NCBI GenBank assembly: GCA_951406725.2
Contig: OX597824.1
Coordinates: forward strand, 29,078,001-29,142,000
Origin: Octopus vulgaris
Lineage: Eukaryota
Length of the DNA stretch: 64,000 nt
Direction of reading: 5' to 3'
Within the stretch, counting starts at the first letter, position 1; each line of letters starts with the position of its first letter. Below are positions 55,246-64,000 of this stretch, in pieces. The notes beneath the pieces are model-generated. The model had not been told where the DNA came from, ran no database searches, and saw only the letters and a program-made list of their open reading frames with translations. The position numbers and the translations under genes are program-made.

Positions 55246-55656
55246 ATCTTGTACAGCTGGCGAAGATTCCAACAACGACTCAATATTTTTAAGAACAAGA
55301 AATCATCATGGTTGCTCTCTTGTTGATTCAGGTGAATGTTGCTAACGAAAGAATATTAGCTGCAACTAAGAGGAACTAAATATAGACATTGAACAAATAG
55401 CTTAATGCAGTGTTGAAGGTGGTGGGGCTGGACATGGAAAACAGCTTTACGGAAACATGGGGTGTATAGGTGAGTGGATTCGGTAGAGGGAAACTGAAAG
55501 AAGCTCGTCGTATACATATACATGTGTGTGCTTGTGTGCGTATGTGTGTATACATATCTATGTGCATTTGTCTTCATATTTATGTCCACCACCGCTTGGC
55601 AATCGGCGTTGATTTGTTTACGTCCCCGTAACTTAGCGATTCGGCAAAAAGGAACC

Positions 55657-55888
55657 TATTTCTTTATTACCCACAAGGGGCTAAACATAGAGGAGACAAA
55701 CAAGGACAGACATAGGTATTAAGTCGATTACATCGACTCCAGTGCGTAACTGGTACTTAATTTATCGACCCCGAAAGGATGAAAGACAAAGTCGACCCCG
55801 GCGGAATTTGAACTCACAACGTAACAGCAGACGAAATACCGCTAAGCACTTCGCCCGGCGTGCTAACGATTCTGCCAGCTCGCCGCCT
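55657..55888 (-). mobile_element. Full-length SINE family B with 18 bp target-site duplication, inside a family A SINE (55469-56015)
   Basis: ATTCGGCAAAAAGGAACC at 55639-55656 and 55889-55906. Confidence 0.92.
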
Positions 55889-56100
55889 ATTCGGCAAAAA
55901 GGAACCGATTGAATAAATACCAGGGGTCGATTTTTTTTCGACTCAGCCCTTCAATGTGGTGTCCCTGCAATGGCTACAGTCGAATAACAGAAAGAAGTAA
56001 AAGACAAAGGATAAAGAAAACTCTTTTACAGCCGTTAGTGTTGGTTCAGAAGAATAAAACCGCGATGAAAGCAAGATCAATCTCACGTGTGATAAGTAAA

Positions 56101-56501
56101 TCTTTATATATAAAAGTGAAGTTGTGTGTCTGTCTCCTACGATTTAGATTCCTAACTACTCCCACATTTTGCGGTGCAGTGTAACCAAAAGCGGGTATCT
56201 TATAGTCGTGATTCATATCGAGCCCTTCTGGGAATTAGCGCGCGTCTACGATGAGTCTACGATTTAAAAAATAATTTATCATCATTTTTTCCCATTTTAA
56301 TGCATTTTTTTTCGCTATTATATAAGGGAAGTAACTCTCTAAAAATGTCTACGATGGGTCAACGATTTAAAAAAAAATTTACCATCATTTTTTTCCATTT
56401 TTAATGTATTTTTTTGCTATTTTTTTGCTATATAACTCTTTAAAAATGCTTATATAGTTATTTCCCTTACAAACCCGAGCAACGCCGGGCGATACTGCAA
56501 G
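56101..56501 (+). mobile_element. Non-autonomous Helitron
   Basis: A|TCTTTATATATAAAAG start, 3' hairpin CCCGAGCAACGCCGGG about 12 nt before the CAAG|T end (CTAG variant), no TSD, internal ~100 bp tandem duplication. Confidence 0.78.
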
Positions 56502-57376
56502 TTTTTATTAAAATCCAAAAGAAAATGCTTTGTAACGTTTATCAGGAATAGAAGAAAGGAAGTATCTACTCGTACATCTTTATCGAAATATGCTAGCAGT
56601 TTCAACTGAATTTAAGTCAATTTGGCCAGTATTTTCTGCGGTGTTGGTCGTGGGAGGCACTACAAAGGCTACTGGTCACCGAAGCTGAAACAAAGTAAAC
56701 AAATGTAAAGTGACTACGAAACACCTACTCGTGCACATGGAATGCAAGGTCTCTATCAAATCTACTCTTCCTTGATGTATCATCAGGGTAGATTTTTCAG
56801 GAATCCTCTCCATAGAGAGACCTATGAGAAGCATCCGTCATTAGACTTGCGTGCTGGATTTTCAAAAGTGGCCAACGGAGATTATGGATATTATGCAACT
56901 TTCTCTTTCTTAGTCTACTCCTAGGTCTTGAAGAATCCGTCGTAACATTACTTTGTGCTGAGCCTCGTAAATTTGTGGTGGGAAGGAGGACGATGTATTT
57001 TGAACAGAGGACCCCATTCGAATACTTACAAGAGAAAGCACCCAATGTTGCTAGGTTAAACAAGTCGACAGGTTAACCTAGGGTAGGTTATGGCAGGTTT
57101 TCAACTCAAAACAAAAGAAATCGAAACACATGAAGATAGATATCCTGTCCGACGTTTAACAGTCTAGTACTCTAAACTGAGCGTGTGTGTGTATGTGTAG
57201 GAGTGCATGCGTACGTGTATATGTGTGTATGACTATATGTGTGTATGTCTGTTCAGAGTTAGAGAGAAAGAGTTAGACAGGTGTGTATACTATAAGAATA
57301 TATATATTTATATACGTTTGTTCTTATATACACGCTTACACATGCACACACAGACATATAGCTAGATAGCTAGATG

Positions 57377-57443
<67 letters not shown>

Positions 57444-57572
57444 GGATGGATGGATGGATGGATGGATGGATGGATGGATGGATAGATATTTATAAATATA
57501 TGTATCTGTATCTATAGCTATCCAATTATCTATGTACTACCTCTCTATTAATTTATTTATCAATCTATCTAT

Positions 57573-57659
<87 letters not shown>

Positions 57660-58987
57660 ATTATATTCCTATTTATCTGTCTAAGTGAGTGTGTGTGTGT
57701 GTGTGTATTTGGATATAGTTATGTGCATGTGTGTTTCAGATAAAAAGATAGACATAAATTGTCTGATAGATACAGGAAGACGGTGAAAAATAGACAACTT
57801 TGGCTAATATGATACAACCATAAACATAGAAACATATGTGACCAGCCATATTATTCATTTTCACTCTCAAACTGTTTCACGATACGCGCGTGCGTACACA
57901 CACATACACAGACACATATATACAGAGAGAGAGAGGGGGGAGGGAAGGAAGAGAGAGACAAATATGAAAGAAATCTCCAGTCTGTCTGGCTAAGTTGTAC
58001 TTTTACGTTTTTGAGCCGACAATCAAAGGGAAAGTAAATATGTAAACAACAAAAAGACAAAAAACAAAAACAAAAACCAAATCAGATCCATAAACAAAGA
58101 AATAAAAATCAAAAACTCAGAGTGGAAAAAGGAAGAGTGAAAGAGAAAGAGAAAGAGAAAGGGGGAGAAACAGAGAAAAAGAGGTGTGAGAAAACAAGAA
58201 AGACAGAATATGATATAAGGGGGTGTGAAATTTCTGGAAGAAACACAGAGAGAAAGAAGTGACAGGAAGATAGAGAGATGACAGAGAAATGCGAGAATGG
58301 GATTGGAGGGAGACCCTAAAATGGAGAAAGAAAGGCAGGCTGGTGTGGTTTTTAAAGAAACGTGAAGCAAAAAATAAGTAGCATTATGTCTAGCTGTTTT
58401 ACGAAACGCTATTATTTATTTGCTAGAAACTGGTTAATTTCGAAGCAAGGTGCTTGTTATCAGCTAAATTTACAGATCAATCGCCCGAAATTTCCACTTG
58501 GCGAGACCATTGCTGACAAATTTAATGACCTGTCATTGTGTATCTGGTCCTCCCTTCGATGTGTTACAGTACGATTCGTTCGCCACCGATCCATTTACAA
58601 AACTCCTTCTATCGGATTAAGTAGTTGCATTGGTTCCTTCTCTTCTGATTCTGTCTCTATATAGCTAAATAGCCAAATATTGTGTGATCAGAACGTTATA
58701 TTGATGGCTCTTGGCAATTTAGAAATTACAGGAATTTCATATACCTACATGTATGCATATATATAATATACATACGTACTTGCATAGAAGGAAACATGAA
58801 AATATATATGCAAGTATGTATGTATGTATGTATGTATGTATGTATGTATGTATGTATGTATGTATGTATGTATGTATGTATATTTGCAGGCATGTGTGGG
58901 TTTCTACGTGTGTGTGTACATATACATATATATAATATATATAATATATAATATATGCATATATACATATGTATATATATATATTAA

Positions 58988-59026
<39 letters not shown>

Positions 59027-59562
59027 GTATGTGTATACATTATAATAAGCTCTATTGGTGCATGTAGACATGTATTCATGTGTGATGTGTGTATTTGTGT
59101 AGTGTATACGCATGCAAATCTATATGTATATGTGTGTGTGTGTGTATGTATGAATGTATGTATGTATGTATGTATGTATGTATGTATGTATGTATGAATA
59201 TATGTAAATATGCACGTATGTCTTTGCGACAGTATGTATGAATGTGTGTGCCTACGTGAGTGTGAGCGTGTGTGTGTGTATGTGCGTGTGGATACGTATG
59301 TGGGCAAGTATGTATTCGGGGGAAAGGGTTCTTTGTTATTTTTGAATAATTTCTGAGAGACGAGAGGTAATTGTTACTTCACATTAGATAATTTCCTTGT
59401 ATACTGGTCTAAGATTCAGTTACTGCTTCTTGTTTTTTACATGTATTCCTTTTAGATTTTGGCGTTGTTTTCGTTTCCTTTCTTAGATCTTTACTCTCTA
59501 TTTAATATCTCTGGCGTTTATTTAACAAGAATAATGTTGCAAATAACCATCTATTTATTTAT

Positions 59563-59620
<58 letters not shown>

Positions 59621-59676
59621 CTTTATCTCTCTCCCTTCTTCCTCTCTGATTATGTATGTATATGTATGTATGTATG

Positions 59677-59710
<34 letters not shown>

Positions 59711-59753
59711 TGTATGTATGTATGTATGGCATGTATGCAGGTATATATGAACG

Positions 59754-59854
<101 letters not shown>

Positions 59855-59881
59855 CTATTTATCTATTTATGTATCTATCTA

Positions 59882-59980
<99 letters not shown>

Positions 59981-60142
59981 TTATCAATATATCTATCTAG
60001 CTATCTTCCAATATGTTTATTTAACTATCTATCCCCATATGTATACCTACATATCCAACTATACATAGTTATATATATATATATATATATATATATAGCA
60101 TTACTTTTTCTTACAGATACACACACATGTATATGCATATAC

Positions 60143-60193
<51 letters not shown>

Positions 60194-60702
60194 ATGTATA
60201 TATATATATATATAATACATATATACATATACATATATATTATATACACATATATATATAATATTTATATACATATACACGTATATATATAATATATATA
60301 TACATATACATATACATATATATGTTATATATATATATGCGGGTGTGTGTGCACATGTTATACTTACATACAGTTACACACACACACACATAAATACATA
60401 TATATATTTATGTGAGTGTGTGTGTGTGTAACTGTATGTAACTATAAAATGTGCACACACACACGTACACAGACATACACACATACACAGACACACACAG
60501 ACACACCCAGACACACACACACACGCAAACACACATGTATATATACTATATATATACCAATTTATATATACATATATACCAATTTACCTACCAATTACGT
60601 AGAAATCTTTTTAGTTAAGTGTAACACTTTTTCATTTTCTTCCTCCTTTTCATACTCAGCCTTTCTTCTCTGCATGCTTCTTGTGCATTCATAATTATAC
60701 AG

Positions 60703-60758
<56 letters not shown>

Positions 60759-60922
60759 TCATACACATATATAAACATATATATAGCTAAGTACATATAC
60801 ATATATATGTACACACATATGTCTATTATTATAATGATAAAATAAGATGTATGTGTGTATATATGTACATATATAGATATATTTCTGTATATATATGTAC
60901 ATGTATATATGTGTGTAAGGGG

Positions 60923-60962
<40 letters not shown>

Positions 60963-61462
60963 GCACATACATATATGTATATATATAGATAGATAGATAG
61001 ATATATATGTATGTATGTATATATATACACACATATGTATACATTTATATATATATATGTGCACATATGCACACATATTATATATTATGTATTGGTGTAT
61101 ATATGTATATATAAGTATGTATGTATATATATATGTATGTATGTATGTAGATATGTATGTATATATTATGCATACATCTATACATATATATATACACACA
61201 CATACATGTATGTATAAATGTACGAGCGTGTGGGTGTCTATGTGTGCGTGTGCGAATGTGTGTGTATATGTGTGTAAATATATATCGTTACTATGACTGA
61301 ATCGTAATAACCGAATGCTTTAACTAGGTAAAGTAGGTGAAGAATAAAACACCTATGCACTCATACAAATAGAGACAGAAGCACGCAAGCGTGTATATAT
61401 GTGTGTGTGTGTGTATCTGCCCGTGTGCCTGTGTGTTTGTGTGTCTATGTGTGAGTGTGCGT

Positions 61463-61567
<105 letters not shown>

Positions 61568-61724
61568 TGTATGTATGTATGTATGTATGTATATACGTGG
61601 TAATGTATATTCATAGTCAAGAATAGAAAGGAAATAGGCAGATATGACATGATAAAGTAATGCAGAGATAAACATCTAGACAGAAGGATACACAGATGGA
61701 TACATAAAAGATATATATATATAT

Positions 61725-61922
<198 letters not shown>

Positions 61923-61954
61923 AGTATATATGTATATATTTATATATATTCTTT

Positions 61955-62444
61955 TATGTTTTTATTTGCTTCAGTCATTGTACTGCGGCCATGCTGGAAC
62001 ACCGCTTTTAGTCGACCAAATCTACTCCAGGACTTATTCATTGTAAGCCTTGTGCTTGTACTATCGCTCTCTGGCCGAACCGCTAATTTACTAGGATGTA
62101 AACACACCAGCATCGGTTGTCAAGCGATGGTGGGGTGACAAAGACAGATATACAAACAAGTATACACACACACACACGTACACATAAATATATATATGTC
62201 ACCCATTCCCTTTCGGTTTTTCAATATGTGACCGCGTGTGTTTCGTTGACGATTTCCTTTCTCCGTCTTCCCTCCCTTGGACCTTTCATTTTTCTATGTT
62301 TCTGACGATGAGCTCCGCTCGAAACGTTAATTCCTCCTTCTTTCTTTCCTTTGCTGAGCGTCCACTAACACTATACTCTTTCAACGTTCACGCGTTGTTG
62401 TGTTCTCTCTCTCTCTGTTTTTATGTTTGGATTAACTATATATG

Positions 62445-62500
<56 letters not shown>

Positions 62501-62686
62501 TTTGTGTCTATGTTTTTCGCCCCAACATCGCACTACAACCGATGTTGGTGTGTTTTTGTCACTGAAACATAGCGGTCCCGCAAAAGAGACCGATCGAATT
62601 AGTACTAGACTTACAAAGAATAAGTCCTGGTGCTGTTTTCTTCGACTAAAAGCGATGCTCCAGTAAGGCCGCATCCAAATGACTGA
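61955..62686. mobile_element. Two family A SINE 3' halves, 61955-62150 (-) and 62495-62686 (+), flanking a Penelope-like fragment (62200-62436)
   Basis: Consensus tail matches on opposite strands. Confidence 0.75.
62298..62330 (+). ncRNA. Candidate minimal hammerhead with canonical core and weak stem I
   Basis: GUUU CUGACGA U GAGC-UCC-GCUC GAAA CG UU AA. Confidence 0.55.
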
Positions 62687-62710
62687 ATATATATATTCAT
62701 ATACATAGGC

Positions 62711-62757
<47 letters not shown>

Positions 62758-63681
62758 AAATATATATATATATATTCACACATTTATATAAATATATACA
62801 CATACATGCGTATATATAACTGCGCGCGCGTGTGTGTGTACTTGTGTCTGACTTTGTGTGCGTGTGTGCGTGTGTGCATGTGTGTATGGATCTATGTTTG
62901 TATGTGTGTGTGCGCGCGTACGGATGTGTCAACCGGAATATACTGGTAAAATCTCGCTGAGATTCATCCAACGTATATTATCTGAAAACTTAAGAAAGTA
63001 CTGGAAAATGTCCTAGATTGAGGATATGTCTATAAGATATATAAGTATTTGATTATATAAATATAGTCCCATAATCGTAGGCATTCTTGATCGCAGCTGA
63101 CCGTGGCTAAATAATCTTCCAGGAATGAGTTATTAGATAGAATAACGTAAGATATATTTTGTGTGATATAAATATATGTTTGTCATCTGCGGTCCGTCTA
63201 TAATCAAAGATCTAGTTGATCCAACTTGACCTGTGGCTATACAACAGCAAAGAATAAGATGATATAATTCTTGGTAAATCTCATCTGAAAAAAGAAAACG
63301 AAAATTACCATGCTGTACCATCTTTGATCTTGGGAATCCTTCAAACTGGGCTAAACAGCGACATGGTATTAAACATTTGATAACGTAGTCCTAGGTACAT
63401 TGTGTCTGAAAAAAAAAAAAAGAGGAACGATAAATGTTTCAAAGGTTAACCGTCAATAATTCAGTTTGAAAGCAAGAAAAGACAAGGCAGATAGCGGAGT
63501 CTAGATTGAAAACGCGTGGACTCGTGGTTAGGCTGTTGCAGCCACCATTACAAGATCGTGATATTAATTTCCAGGACGGATGGTCTTTATGTTCTTGAGC
63601 AAAACACTTTATTTCATTCTACTCCTAGATCTCTCACCCTATCTATCTGTCTGTCTATATATGTTTCTGTCTGTATCTAAT

Positions 63682-63737
<56 letters not shown>

Positions 63738-63807
63738 TGTGTGTGTGTGAGTGTGTGTGTGTCTGTATATATAAATATATATATATGTGTGTACGTGTGT
63801 GTGTCTG

Positions 63808-63898
<91 letters not shown>

Positions 63899-64000
63899 AT
63901 ATATATATATATGAAAACTCACAGCTTATTTTACTGCGTATGATGAAAAATGTCAGCTGCTCATAGCCAGCCGACTAAGGTAACACTCTGCGGAGAATTC

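Overview
AT-rich eukaryotic DNA saturated with microsatellites and with no recognisable intact host gene. Most ORF-track entries are translated (TA)n, (TACA)n, (TAA)n or (GGT)n repeats; the rest are mainly transposon remnants. The SINE families and overall texture suggest a coleoid cephalopod, probably Octopus (inference from recalled repeat families, not a database hit). The window holds about 30 copies or fragments of three tRNA-derived SINE groups, several of them nested. It also has 5'-truncated R4/Dong-type LINEs in (TAA)n tracts, two mariner relics, CR1, RTE and CRE LINE scraps, a non-autonomous Helitron and several foldback/MITE elements. The most interesting signal is a set of short Penelope-like or retrozyme-like inserts in (TA)n tracts that carry about ten hammerhead-ribozyme motifs. 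Their cores include canonical forms and variants: a compensatory G3:C8 swap, A6U in three copies, U4C, and a possible permuted type-II pair. Two of them lie inside long near-perfect hairpins. A candidate promoter and first exon lies near 55.0 kb. All coordinates were read by eye and may be off by a few bases.
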